DNA of 41,039 nt from a phage, in sequence record NC_093712.1; one strand, given 5' to 3'. Shown piece by piece: positions 17,930-25,178 of the stretch (position 1 is its first letter; each line of letters begins with the position of its first letter). A model generated the notes under the pieces. That model saw only the letters and a list, made by a program, of their open reading frames with translations, made no database searches and was not told where the DNA came from. The position numbers and the translations under genes were made by a program.

Positions 17930-18471
17930 TCCCCTACCTCACCCATATTCGTTGTTACAATTTTACCTACAGGCTCTGCAACACTAAAAATAATCTCAGT
18001 CGGTGCCGTTTCTTCGGTGGATTCGACTGGTTTCTCTTTACCGAGGCCCAGTTTAGCTGCGGCGAACGTAGCAGAGATGCCCGCGGCCCCTGTCTCAGTG
18101 AAGTACGCCTCTTCCAGTGCCTGTGCTGTCTCGTATGCTTCTGCAAATGCAGGAATCTCGCGCAGCCACAGCTTAATAATCGGGATAGTGACGCCGATGT
18201 GCAGGGCGAAGCGGGCCAGTGACGGAGGTTTATCCTGAATCAGCGGGCGTTCGTCACCCTTAGACGTAGGCACGAGTTCCCACGACGTGCGGTCGAAGAA
18301 CTCGATTAACGCGTCGCAATAGTCCGGGTCCCACAACGCTGCGGAATTACGGGACGATTGATAAAGGCTCTGTTTACCGCGCGGTCGTTTACGGCGGCGG
18401 TTTGCGCTAACAGCTTCTTCATGTGCAGCTTGCACCACCTCTGGCGATGGCTGCTTGAGTTTCAGCTTCAT
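17926..18471 (-). CDS. terminase small subunit
   Basis: ORF immediately upstream of large terminase; ATG at 18471 has AAGGGGA RBS (track start 18510 lacks RBS). Confidence 0.6.
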   Translation of the reverse strand: MKLKLKQPSPEVVQAAHEEAVSANRRRKRPRGKQSLYQSSRNSAALWDPDYCDALIEFFDRTSWELVPTSKGDERPLIQDKPPSLARFALHIGVTIPIIKLWLREIPAFAEAYETAQALEEAYFTETGAAGISATFAAAKLGLGKEKPVESTEETAPTEIIFSVAEPVGKIVTTNMGEVGE

Positions 18472-18562
18472 AGAATCCCCTTGCATATGCGTCTGACCAT
18501 CAGAGCGCACCAGACGCGCCCTACGCGTCTAAAGGGATTATATAAGGTGATTGGGCGGGATG

Positions 18563-18589
18563 TACAGAAAAGCCCTCGGTAGAGGGCTT
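18563..18589 (-). terminator. rho-independent terminator separating early-left operon from packaging genes
   Basis: AAGCCCTC-GGTAG-AGGGCTT hairpin followed on minus strand by TTTTCTGT. Confidence 0.6.
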
Positions 18590-18687
18590 GTATCAGTTGT
18601 ATAGGCCGTGGCGTGGTGCTCTTTTACCGTCGCCGCCGTAATGGTCGTTAGCTACGGGAATGGCCCAGGCGTTAGGGATGATTAGTA

Positions 18688-18849
18688 GTCTCATTTGAAG
18701 AAACCATCCTTGACAAGCTGACGGTATAGTTTAGCTGCGTAACGCTCTGCCTGGCCTTTGCGCCGAAATATTTTCCCATTAACTGAATACTTATTTAACT
18801 CTGGCTCGTACCAAACTTGGTTGTCGATGAACTCCAGAATACTAATCAT
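18688..18849 (-). CDS. hypothetical small protein (53 aa)
   Basis: Manually found; strong RBS GAGGAG, ATGA coupling to upstream gene. Confidence 0.45.
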
Positions 18850-19082
18850 CCCCCACTCTCCTCTTTAGCAATACGTTGCTCAGTTTTAGTGATACCCCGG
18901 CGCGTGAATAACACCGGGCTTGTCTTAACGTGCGTCATCAGACGGTTGTTATAAATTACATGGCGCTCGCAGTTAACGTCTTTGCTGTACTTGGCAATCG
19001 TCATTTCGTTGATGCCGGTTTGTCGGCATGTCTCAGCCATCGCGCCGTATTCTTTAATCAGGTTTGGAATGCTGGTAATCAT
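18846..19082 (-). CDS. hypothetical small protein with possible HTH
   Basis: ATGA-coupled start at 19082 (track ORF extends to 19106); segment TCRQTGINEMTIAKY is HTH-like. Confidence 0.45.
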   Translation of the reverse strand: MITSIPNLIKEYGAMAETCRQTGINEMTIAKYSKDVNCERHVIYNNRLMTHVKTSPVLFTRRGITKTEQRIAKEESGG

Positions 19083-19255
19083 CCTAAGAAATTCCTCGTT
19101 GTCCACATCGCATTCGGATATTTGTTATCGCGGTCCTGCACTACGGCAACCATGTTACCGCGTTGCACCAGGCAAAAGTGCCGTTGTTGCTCGCCGTTGT
19201 AACGACGCCAGATTGCCTCTTCGATTGCTGCGTTGATGTCACTGAACATATTCAT
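19079..19255 (-). CDS. hypothetical small protein (58 aa)
   Basis: Manually found ORF MNMFSDINAAIEEAIWRRYNG..., ATGA-coupled at both ends. Confidence 0.4.
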   Translation of the reverse strand: MNMFSDINAAIEEAIWRRYNGEQQRHFCLVQRGNMVAVVQDRDNKYPNAMWTTRNFLG

Positions 19256-19443
19256 CCCACTATCTCATCACCGAGCCACGCCGTTTCTCGTATATCGTCG
19301 ACCACACAAGCGGCGTGCTCACGGCTAATTGCAAAAATGTAGAAGCTGAACTTCTTCCCGTCGGCGTCGATGTGGTTAACCGAGTATGGTTTCCACAGGA
19401 CGCCATCGATAACTACGGGTTCAGGCGCTTTCATACCCATCAC
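19252..19443 (-). CDS. hypothetical small protein (63 aa)
   Basis: ORF track; member of chain of translationally coupled early genes. Confidence 0.45.
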   Translation of the reverse strand: MMGMKAPEPVVIDGVLWKPYSVNHIDADGKKFSFYIFAISREHAACVVDDIRETAWLGDEIVG

Positions 19444-19618
19444 CCTGGGATTTGTTCAGGTTGAAGCGGTTAATCAGTTCACGGCGTGTCTCATAAAGCG
19501 ACTCCACCATTTGCTCGGCTACCGCGATTTTAGTATTCAGGACGCGCATCACGTGGCTGATGTCTACGCCGCCGTTAACGGCCTCTACCATCATCTTTTC
19601 GTATTCACGGTCGGTCAT
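19421..19618 (-). CDS. hypothetical small protein (65 aa)
   Basis: ATGA-coupled ATG at 19618. Confidence 0.45.
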   Translation of the reverse strand: MTDREYEKMMVEAVNGGVDISHVMRVLNTKIAVAEQMVESLYETRRELINRFNLNKSQGDGYESA

Positions 19619-19770
19619 TTTTTCTCTCCCCACATGCGATTGAGATACTTGTTCTTGTCCAGCCCCGGGAAACTGTTACGTTTCATCAGTTCCTCGCGTG
19701 ACGGGAACGGGACGTGACTTACTTTACGGCCTACTCGTAACGGCTGGCTTACTGGGCCTTGTTCGCTCAT
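19615..19770 (-). CDS. hypothetical small protein (51 aa)
   Basis: Manually found; RBS GGAGAG; ATGA coupling. Confidence 0.4.
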   Translation of the reverse strand: MSEQGPVSQPLRVGRKVSHVPFPSREELMKRNSFPGLDKNKYLNRMWGEKK

Positions 19771-19916
19771 TTCTTCTCTCCTGCATAAGCTGCTTTAAGT
19801 GTCTGCATCGCGGCGAACCAGAACGCGTCCGCTGGAATGCTGTTGCTCAGGTTACTAACGGCGATGCGCGCCATCAGTTGTGCATCTTTGAATGCCTCGG
19901 TATCTGTGATTTTCAT
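19767..19916 (-). CDS. hypothetical small protein (49 aa)
   Basis: Manually found ORF MKITDTEAFKDAQLMARIAV...; first gene after terminator 20001-20033. Confidence 0.35.
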   Translation of the reverse strand: MKITDTEAFKDAQLMARIAVSNLSNSIPADAFWFAAMQTLKAAYAGEKK

Positions 19917-20000
19917 CTTCTCTACTCCGTTCTCGTTGTCGATGGAGTAAATATAATAGGGTCGCAGGTAATAGTCAACTAGTCATTACAGAAAACAGAT

Positions 20001-20033
20001 AAAAAAAAAATCCCGGCTGGGTCAGGGCCGGGA
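20001..20033 (-). terminator. strong rho-independent terminator
   Basis: TCCCGGC-loop-GCCGGGA hairpin followed on minus strand by T10 (A10 at 20001-20010 on plus). Confidence 0.8.
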
Positions 20034-20104
20034 TAAAACTGGAGCGCAGAGGGATGGAACAGGAGGTGATTTAAGTATCGTCGGATTAGTCTCAGGTGTC
20101 AATT

Positions 20105-20137
20105 GGTAAAATAAAACCCGGATTCGCGGTCCGGGTT
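20105..20137 (-). terminator. rho-independent terminator downstream of lysis genes
   Basis: AACCCGGA-TTCGCGG-TCCGGGTT hairpin followed on minus strand by TTATTTTACC. Confidence 0.6.
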
Positions 20138-20265
20138 TCGGCCATAAGCCCCTGAACCCTACGCAGTCTCCACCGCTTGGGCTGCTGCTTCGGGTTTACC
20201 GGGGCTTAGTATGCGGGCACAAGCAGCGTGGGAGTAAGTTTATTAAACTCCTTCGTATTCGTCCA

Positions 20266-20855
20266 TCATTTAACCGCCCTACCGATAGCCTCAGCCTCTT
20301 GCCACGGTTTACCGTCGAACAGCGCCAGACGCCCGGCTGTACGGCGACGCAGGCCAAGTAGTGGTTTGCCGTTCTGGTTGATGAACAGCGCCAGCTTGGC
20401 CCGCAGCGTCGCAGTATCACCGGAACGCAGTGCCTTACCCGTGCCGGTAGTAGCTGCAATCACACCGGCACCAGCGTTATACACCAGGTCGCACATTGCA
20501 CGAACCCCTTCATGAAGGTGGGGGACGGAACGCAGTGCCTACCCGTGCCGGTAGTAGCTGCAATCACACCGGCACCAGCGTTATACACCAGGTCGCACAC
20601 TGCATCGAACTGCGCCTGTGTCAATGAATGGTGTGCTGCCGCATCGACCGCGGCCACGGCCTTAGCCATATCGCGATTCAGTAACAGGAGGCCTTGTCCT
20701 GGGGTGATGGTCTTGCCTGGAGTCACGTCCGGCCCGTAGTGCCCGTACCCAATAGTCAGGTACTTCTCGTTCGGCGTAGCGCGATACGCAGTTCCGCGGA
20801 ATCCCTCGAACGCGGCACAGAAATGCAATCCATTATCTGAAATATTTCGAGACAT
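20266..20855 (-). pseudogene. endolysin (GH24 phage lysozyme) with reading frame interrupted by 105-bp imperfect tandem duplication
   Basis: N-part (20460..20855) has lysozyme motif FEGFRGTAYRATPNEKYLTIGYGHYG; C-part (20266..20496) continues in another frame; both fragments contain CDLVYNAGAGVIAATTGTG encoded by the duplicated DNA. Confidence 0.7.
20421..20599. repeat. imperfect tandem direct repeat (2 copies, period 105 bp) with palindrome CCTTCATGAAGG at junction
   Basis: 20421-20495 and 20526-20599 are identical except a 1-nt indel; similarity extends ~10 nt further; 12-bp perfect palindrome at 20507-20518 between copies. Confidence 0.8.
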
Positions 20856-21105
20856 GCTTATGTCCTCCGTATGACAGCCACGCCTGGCGAATCTGGCGCA
20901 GCGCGACTAATGTGATTAATGTCTCAGGCAGCGTAGGCGACATGCTGCCCTGTAACAGGTGAATACATCCGGCGGCACAGACAATAGCAGTCAGGATATA
21001 GAGCACCCGACCGAACAGCCCGTCGTCCACATGTTCATTATACACGTTGAACAGGGACGAAGCGCCCATTGAAAGCATTGTGACAAACCAGAATAGCTCA
21101 GTCAT
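20833..21105 (-). CDS. small membrane protein of lysis cassette (possible second holin / antiholin)
   Basis: ATG at 21105 with AGGAGGA RBS, 4 nt after holin stop; two hydrophobic segments. Confidence 0.5.
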   Translation of the reverse strand: MTELFWFVTMLSMGASSLFNVYNEHVDDGLFGRVLYILTAIVCAAGCIHLLQGSMSPTLPETLITLVALRQIRQAWLSYGGHKHVSKYFR

Positions 21106-21406
21106 GCGGTCCTCCTGGGCGGGCAATATCGCCGCCCGATACGATGCCGGAAAGGCGGGAATAGATAGGCATCCAGAGAATGGCAATGATGAATCCAAGG
21201 CCAGCTATCTCACGCTCACCGGTAATACCGAACCATTGAGCGGCAAGAGGTGCACCGAAAATAGCACACGCGAAGCCGGTGAGAAGAAATACCAGTCCGT
21301 CAATCGGCCCGGATATAGACTTTTTATGTTGTCTTAGCCCGACCAATCCACCGACCAGTGCGGCAGCGAGAAGCCACCCCGTCACTGTTTCAGTAAATTT
21401 ATCCAA
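21098..21406 (-). CDS. holin
   Basis: 102 aa with three predicted TM segments and charged C-terminus, immediately upstream of endolysin. Confidence 0.6.
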   Translation of the reverse strand: MDKFTETVTGWLLAAALVGGLVGLRQHKKSISGPIDGLVFLLTGFACAIFGAPLAAQWFGITGEREIAGLGFIIAILWMPIYSRLSGIVSGGDIARPGGPHD

Positions 21407-21481
21407 GATGAATCCTCCAGGTGTGTATTAAGTATGCAGTAACTGGAGGATACCACGGGTAGGAATTATCCTAATAACGGT

Positions 21482-21775
21482 TTATTTATGGCGCCAGATG
21501 TATTGTCGTCTCTGTGGTTTCGTCGGAATATCATCGTATCCAAGCGATTTCCAGTAATTAAATAGCCGGTTAGCGATTGCTGCGCGTTCCTGTGTTTTAA
21601 ACTCGCCGAGATTCACGGCCTTCCCGTTCTGGAATCCGCAGGCGCGTACCGCTTTGCGTCTGGCCTGAATCTCGGGGTACAGTGCATTACGGCGGCGCTT
21701 GTGTATACGCGTATTCGCTCTTGGCGACAGCGGCGCAAGGCCGCTTCGTTTCAGGATGTCAGTTGCTAACGACAT
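21482..21775 (-). CDS. hypothetical basic protein (possible nucleic-acid-binding regulator)
   Basis: 97 aa, Arg/Lys-rich, upstream of lysis cassette. Confidence 0.45.
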   Translation of the reverse strand: MSLATDILKRSGLAPLSPRANTRIHKRRRNALYPEIQARRKAVRACGFQNGKAVNLGEFKTQERAAIANRLFNYWKSLGYDDIPTKPQRRQYIWRHK

Positions 21776-21978
21776 TATTTCTCCTGTTTACCAAGTCGCT
21801 TAGGTGAGCAGATAGCGCGTACCTCCGAATCGTTGGGCTTGTCGCCCTGAAACAGGAAGTGCGCGTTCTCTGCGGCGCGTGCCGCTGACTGGCACGCCTC
21901 CATCGAGTAAAACGTTTCTGATGCCGCCAGATGCATCTGACCCGTGGACAGCACCCAGATAAATAAGATGCTGGTCAT
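21775..21978 (-). CDS. small protein with N-terminal hydrophobic segment
   Basis: ATG at 21978 overlaps upstream stop (TGATG); hydrophobic MTSILFIWVLSTG; a competing overlapping ORF 21800..22033 was judged less likely. Confidence 0.4.
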   Translation of the reverse strand: MTSILFIWVLSTGQMHLAASETFYSMEACQSAARAAENAHFLFQGDKPNDSEVRAICSPKRLGKQEK

Positions 21979-22523
21979 CAGAAGTATTCCCCGCACGTTT
22001 TACATACTTTCGTACCGAACGGCGCGGAGCCATCTGTTATTACATAATAGAAACTGTGTTTGCACTCCTGTGTACAGGCTGTAGCCCCATACTCAAGTCC
22101 GTCCCACTCACGCTTGCCGCATTCGCAGCAAAACCGGCTACCGGGCACGTTGTCCTTGCAGCCTTCGGCAATAAACAATCCTGGAGCGATAATCCAATTG
22201 TGGTCATATTCCTGCGTATCTTCTTTTCGGCAACCAGATTGCTCCGAACCGTACGCACCTTTGCGGATAAGTTTGTATGCCTCCACGTCACCAGTAGCCT
22301 TGACCAATGCCAGATGCAACTCCTTAACTTGCCCTGTCAGGTGCGATATGTGCTCAGATTTCTTAATGTTGTCTTCCCGCAACTCCTTAATCTGCGCCGA
22401 CGCATCACGTAACTGATTCTTAAGTGACTGCACCTCATGCGCCAGGTCTTCGCTCCGGCTGTTATTTACCTGCTGCCGTAGCTGGTCGATAAGGTACTCG
22501 AATATTTCGTTTTTAGTGTTCAT
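21978..22523 (-). CDS. coiled-coil protein with C-terminal Cys-rich (zinc-binding-like) domain
   Basis: 181 aa; N-terminal heptad-like region, C-terminal CxxC...CxxC clusters (FCCECGK, VCKTCGEYF). Confidence 0.55.
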   Translation of the reverse strand: MNTKNEIFEYLIDQLRQQVNNSRSEDLAHEVQSLKNQLRDASAQIKELREDNIKKSEHISHLTGQVKELHLALVKATGDVEAYKLIRKGAYGSEQSGCRKEDTQEYDHNWIIAPGLFIAEGCKDNVPGSRFCCECGKREWDGLEYGATACTQECKHSFYYVITDGSAPFGTKVCKTCGEYF

Positions 22524-22641
22524 ATTCTTCGCTCACCCCGTTATAGACGCCGTTGTAGTCCCCGTCGCAGATGAACGGGTAGCGCATATCTTCGTACTCG
22601 TCCTGCAGCTCACCTAAAGTTACTTCGCTATAATCTCTCAT
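22513..22641 (-). CDS. hypothetical small protein (42 aa)
   Basis: Manually found; RBS GAGGAGA; first ORF downstream of promoter at 22701..22667. Confidence 0.3.
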   Translation of the reverse strand: MRDYSEVTLGELQDEYEDMRYPFICDGDYNGVYNGVSEEYEH

Positions 22642-22666
22642 ATTCTGTCTCCTCTCTCGTTCGTGT

Positions 22667-22701
22667 AAATGAATAGTAGCCTATTCTATCTTAGTGTGCA
22701 A
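22667..22701 (-). promoter_or_regulatory. promoter (TTGCAC-17-TACTAT) with operator AATAG-N4-CTATT (22672-22685)
   Basis: Same conserved motif as 4743-4772 and 24153-24188, oriented toward downstream minus-strand genes. Confidence 0.45.
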
Positions 22702-22708
22702 GTAAATT

Positions 22709-22882
22709 TTATTGGTGTGTTATAGAGTCGATGAACGCCAGTAACTCCCTTTCCACTTCTGCTTCTCTTTCTTCAAGCGACCAGGTAGCGAATTCCTCTG
22801 TTGCCGTTGCTAAATCGGTTTTTACGTCAATCATCGTGTCGATTAACGTGATTAGTCGTTCAGCCTGTTCTTTAGTAATCAT
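22709..22882 (-). CDS. hypothetical small acidic protein (57 aa)
   Basis: Manually found ORF MITKEQAERLITLIDTMIDV..., RBS AGGAGA. Confidence 0.4.
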   Translation of the reverse strand: MITKEQAERLITLIDTMIDVKTDLATATEEFATWSLEEREAEVERELLAFIDSITHQ

Positions 22883-23016
22883 TGTTGCATCTCCTGCAAT
22901 AGTCGCTTCGATTGTTGCGTTTGATGAAAGTGTCGCCTTTTGACGACACTAAGTTAAAGCTGTACGCTGCTGTGTAGCAGCGTAAGTCACTCAGTAAAAT
23001 CCCAAACTATTGAACA

Positions 23017-23211
23017 TCACACTTCCGGCGGCTCTGGTAACGGCATCCAGTGCGACGGTTCACATACCCCCTCAACACCATCAATGTAAAAGAATTGAAA
23101 TAGCCCTTTACCTTTATGAAACCCTACCATCTGCTCTTTTGTATCAGAGCAATAAACCAAAACATCTTCATCCTTTGGCATCCGCTCACTGCACTTAATC
23201 CACTCACCCAT
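23017..23211 (-). CDS. DUF551-like small phage protein
   Basis: 64 aa with WIKCSERMP...HWMPLPEPP pattern typical of DUF551 proteins of enterobacterial phages (recalled). Confidence 0.6.
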   Translation of the reverse strand: MGEWIKCSERMPKDEDVLVYCSDTKEQMVGFHKGKGLFQFFYIDGVEGVCEPSHWMPLPEPPEV

Positions 23212-23214
23212 AAA

Positions 23215-23358
23215 TCACCTCTGATTCGCGATAAACAACACACCAGCTTTCCACGCCCGCCACGCGAGACGCGTCTTAACGTTCAGGTACTCTTTCTTCG
23301 AACCCTTGTTAACCGGCAGACCCTCGACTATAGCCCACCGTTCAAATGCTTCTCTCAT
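23215..23358 (-). CDS. hypothetical small protein (47 aa)
   Basis: Manually translated; ATGA-coupled to upstream ORF. Confidence 0.35.
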   Translation of the reverse strand: MREAFERWAIVEGLPVNKGSKKEYLNVKTRLAWRAWKAGVLFIANQR

Positions 23359-23510
23359 ACCAGAACCTCACATTCATCCCGATACACGAACAATAACGAC
23401 CCTTTGTACTCAATCATAAAACCATAATGGTTGCTGCTGAACGCCAGAAAAACATCACCTACCGAGATACCGAAATCTATAAGCCTGCGGTCAGTTATTC
23501 GGATTCTCAT
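23355..23510 (-). CDS. hypothetical small protein (51 aa)
   Basis: Manually translated ORF MRIRITDRRLIDFGISVGDVF...; starts 4 nt after upstream stop. Confidence 0.35.
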   Translation of the reverse strand: MRIRITDRRLIDFGISVGDVFLAFSSNHYGFMIEYKGSLLFVYRDECEVLV

Positions 23511-23513
23511 AGC

Positions 23514-23705
23514 TCAGTCCTCATCATCTTCTAAGTCTGGGTACACTATGAAATCTCCAACCCTCTGCAACTCCGCACCCGCCATAAAATAGCCAAGTGC
23601 TTCGGCTCTTTCGGAATCGGTTTTAAACTCAGACAAAGGATATCTTTCGTAGAACTTGTTAATTAATAACGCCTGGTCAAACTTAGTCGCATCATAATTT
23701 TTCAT
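23514..23705 (-). CDS. hypothetical small acidic protein; G12 homopolymer sits immediately 5' of its ATG (or inside an N-terminal extension to 23798)
   Basis: ATG at 23705 lies 5 nt after the homopolymer, which may serve as SD-like sequence; the longer track ORF (23514..23798) reads through the tract as RGGGVG. Confidence 0.45.
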   Translation of the reverse strand: MKNYDATKFDQALLINKFYERYPLSEFKTDSERAEALGYFMAGAELQRVGDFIVYPDLEDDED

Positions 23706-23710
23706 ACCAA

Positions 23711-23722
23711 CCCCCCCCCCCC
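23711..23722. repeat. homopolymeric tract, C12 on plus strand (G12 in the mRNA sense)
   Basis: Directly visible: ccaa cccccccccccc gcaacgcg. Confidence 0.9.
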
Positions 23723-23754
23723 GCAACGCGCACACCACATGAACGGTTAAAGTA

Positions 23755-23946
23755 TTATTCATGGCAACCTCCCTCGGAGTCGTCGGCGCGAGCATCATGA
23801 TTCGATGCCGTTTGCTCCCGCACTTCTACCATCCTTCCTACCACTGCGGCATAATACACATACCGCTTTATTGCGTAATCTTTATTACTTGTCGTCTCTG
23901 TTATGACCCCGTCGACGTATACGTCGTAAATTAATTCCCCCATCAC
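23755..23946 (-). CDS. hypothetical small protein (63 aa)
   Basis: ORF track; ATGA-type coupling with upstream ORF. Confidence 0.45.
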   Translation of the reverse strand: MMGELIYDVYVDGVITETTSNKDYAIKRYVYYAAVVGRMVEVREQTASNHDARADDSEGGCHE

Positions 23947-24125
23947 TTCGCCCCTTTGAATTTAAAATTGTTGCCGATGAGTTCTAAATTATCGTGACGA
24001 ACATAACCATGTTTCCTCCGTATAAGGCTAAATACGGCGACAACACCATATTCATCCTCGTCTTTGGTAGCTATTACGTGTTGCCGGCTGCGCTTTGTTT
24101 TTGCCAACTGACCATTCTTAAACAT
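23943..24125 (-). CDS. hypothetical small basic protein (60 aa)
   Basis: ATG at 24125 preceded by AGGAG (track start 24134 is GTG); first gene downstream of promoter at 24188..24153. Confidence 0.45.
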   Translation of the reverse strand: MFKNGQLAKTKRSRQHVIATKDEDEYGVVAVFSLIRRKHGYVRHDNLELIGNNFKFKGAK

Positions 24126-24152
24126 AACCCTCACTCCTCTGTCTCGTTTCGA

Positions 24153-24188
24153 TAAGTGAATAGTATCCTATTATGTTGGGGTGTGCAA
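24153..24188 (-). promoter_or_regulatory. early-left promoter (TTGCAC-17-TACTAT) with operator AATAG-N4-CTATT (24159-24172)
   Basis: Conserved motif; -35 at 24188..24183, -10 at 24165..24160; RBS and ATG follow ~30 nt downstream on minus strand. Confidence 0.5.
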
Positions 24189-24337
24189 GAGATTAGTTAC
24201 GTTGCCGTTGTGATTCTTTTGTTTAATGGGGTAGCGAGCGAAACGAACGTGGTGCCGGAGGCACCAAGAGTGAGTGAGTGAGCTTGCGGTTCTGACCTAC
24301 GGCAAATCAATAACTTAGATATTTAGGCGGGGAATTA

Positions 24338-24482
24338 TAATAGACTATGGCCCTTCCGAATGCGTCAGCGAGGCTCACTCCACACGTCGAGACGTGCTCG
24401 TTTCGCCTGCCGCGCACCGCGGTCGCTTGTTCATACTTCACAAGCTCAGGACGAGCTTACCATATTTCTCAGTAAAAGTCAA
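24338..24482 (-). promoter_or_regulatory. conserved promoter plus structured leader element, copy 2 (TTGACT-17-TGnTAAGCT at 24482..24454)
   Basis: Near-identical blocks to 13363-13522; hairpin CACGTC-GA-GACGTG (24373-24386) replaces GGAC-TTAC-GTCC of copy 1 at the same relative position; perfect TATAAT on plus strand at 24336-24341 is an alternative reading. Confidence 0.5.
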
Positions 24483-24589
24483 TACCAGTAGCATCTTTTG
24501 CATCTTAGTAACTTTGTGTGGTGTTTTGGTTGCTTTTACATTCCCGCTATCCTATACTCGGTTCCACCAAACAAACAGGAGATATGAAA

Positions 24590-24772
24590 ATGCCGCATTA
24601 CATGACACAGAATGAAGTAGCTGAACGTATCGGGGTGACACGTCAGACAATTAATAACTGGCTGCGCAGTGGTAAATTCCCGGATTGCTGTATTAAGGTT
24701 ATGGGTCGCCGTTTACCGGGAACATTCGACCGTAATAAAGTTGAAGCATGGATTAAGGAGAACGTGAAATGA
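24590..24772 (+). CDS. small HTH DNA-binding protein (AlpA/excisionase-like HTH)
   Basis: ATG at 24590 with AGGAG RBS (track ORF starts upstream at 24518); MTQNEVAERIGVTRQTINNWLRSGKFP is a typical HTH_17-type motif. Confidence 0.6.
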   Translation: MPHYMTQNEVAERIGVTRQTINNWLRSGKFPDCCIKVMGRRLPGTFDRNKVEAWIKENVK

Positions 24773-24981
24773 TTGGGCGTATGGGTTGTTACTTTGAAAA
24801 CGGTAAAGTTAAATACTGGTTTAAGTTTGCGTCAGAAATTACTGACAGCGGATTCTATGCAGAAATATGTAAGCCTAATCATTTGTCGGAACCGACGCGC
24901 ATTATTAAGATGCCAGTAGATGTGTTAAGTAAATGCCGTTTCTATGATTCCGAGCGCGCGTGGTTTTCTGGTTGTAAATAA
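24769..24981 (+). CDS. hypothetical protein (70 aa)
   Basis: ATGA-coupled to upstream HTH gene. Confidence 0.5.
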   Translation: MIGRMGCYFENGKVKYWFKFASEITDSGFYAEICKPNHLSEPTRIIKMPVDVLSKCRFYDSERAWFSGCK

Positions 24982-25049
24982 AAGAAACCCCAACGCCAGA
25001 ACGTCGGGGTTGAAGCACAAATCATCAAAGTAAGCCCAAGGATTATACA

Positions 25050-25178
25050 ATGACAAAGTTAATAGTTCCACAGCTACGCCGCCAGAAACACGGCGCTGAT
25101 TTCTTCGCACCAGTAAAGATGAACCGCGCAATGCGCCGTATGCAGGAAGCCTTAGAACGTGCGGAGAAAAAGAAATGA
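25050..25178 (+). CDS. hypothetical small basic protein (42 aa)
   Basis: Manually found; stop overlaps primase start (ATGA). Confidence 0.35.
   Translation: MTKLIVPQLRRQKHGADFFAPVKMNRAMRRMQEALERAEKKK

Noticed and set aside
18599-18694. 32-aa minus-strand ORF between the early-left operon and its terminator
   Set aside because: Very short, weak RBS and its end overlaps the terminator hairpin; more likely untranslated 3' region.
20140-20220. Possible tRNA or structured RNA in the noncoding stretch downstream of the endolysin
   Set aside because: No T-loop GTTCRANNC consensus or cloverleaf could be built by eye (the one TTCAGGG-like loop has G at the conserved A58 position); region is better explained by two tandem terminators.
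21800-22033. 77-aa ORF overlapping 21775..21978 and the 3' end of 21978..22523
   Set aside because: Arg/Gly-rich translation without RBS; the alternative frame gives a coupled start and a plausible signal-anchor protein.
24279-24295. Short GAGT microsatellite (gagtgagtgagtgagc)
   Set aside because: Only three to four units in a noncoding spacer; no evidence of function.
24336-24341. Perfect TATAAT on the plus strand immediately upstream of conserved element copy 2
   Set aside because: Kept only as an alternative: copy 1 lacks a matching -10 at the same position, whereas the minus-strand TTGACT-17-TGnTAAGCT promoter is conserved in both copies.
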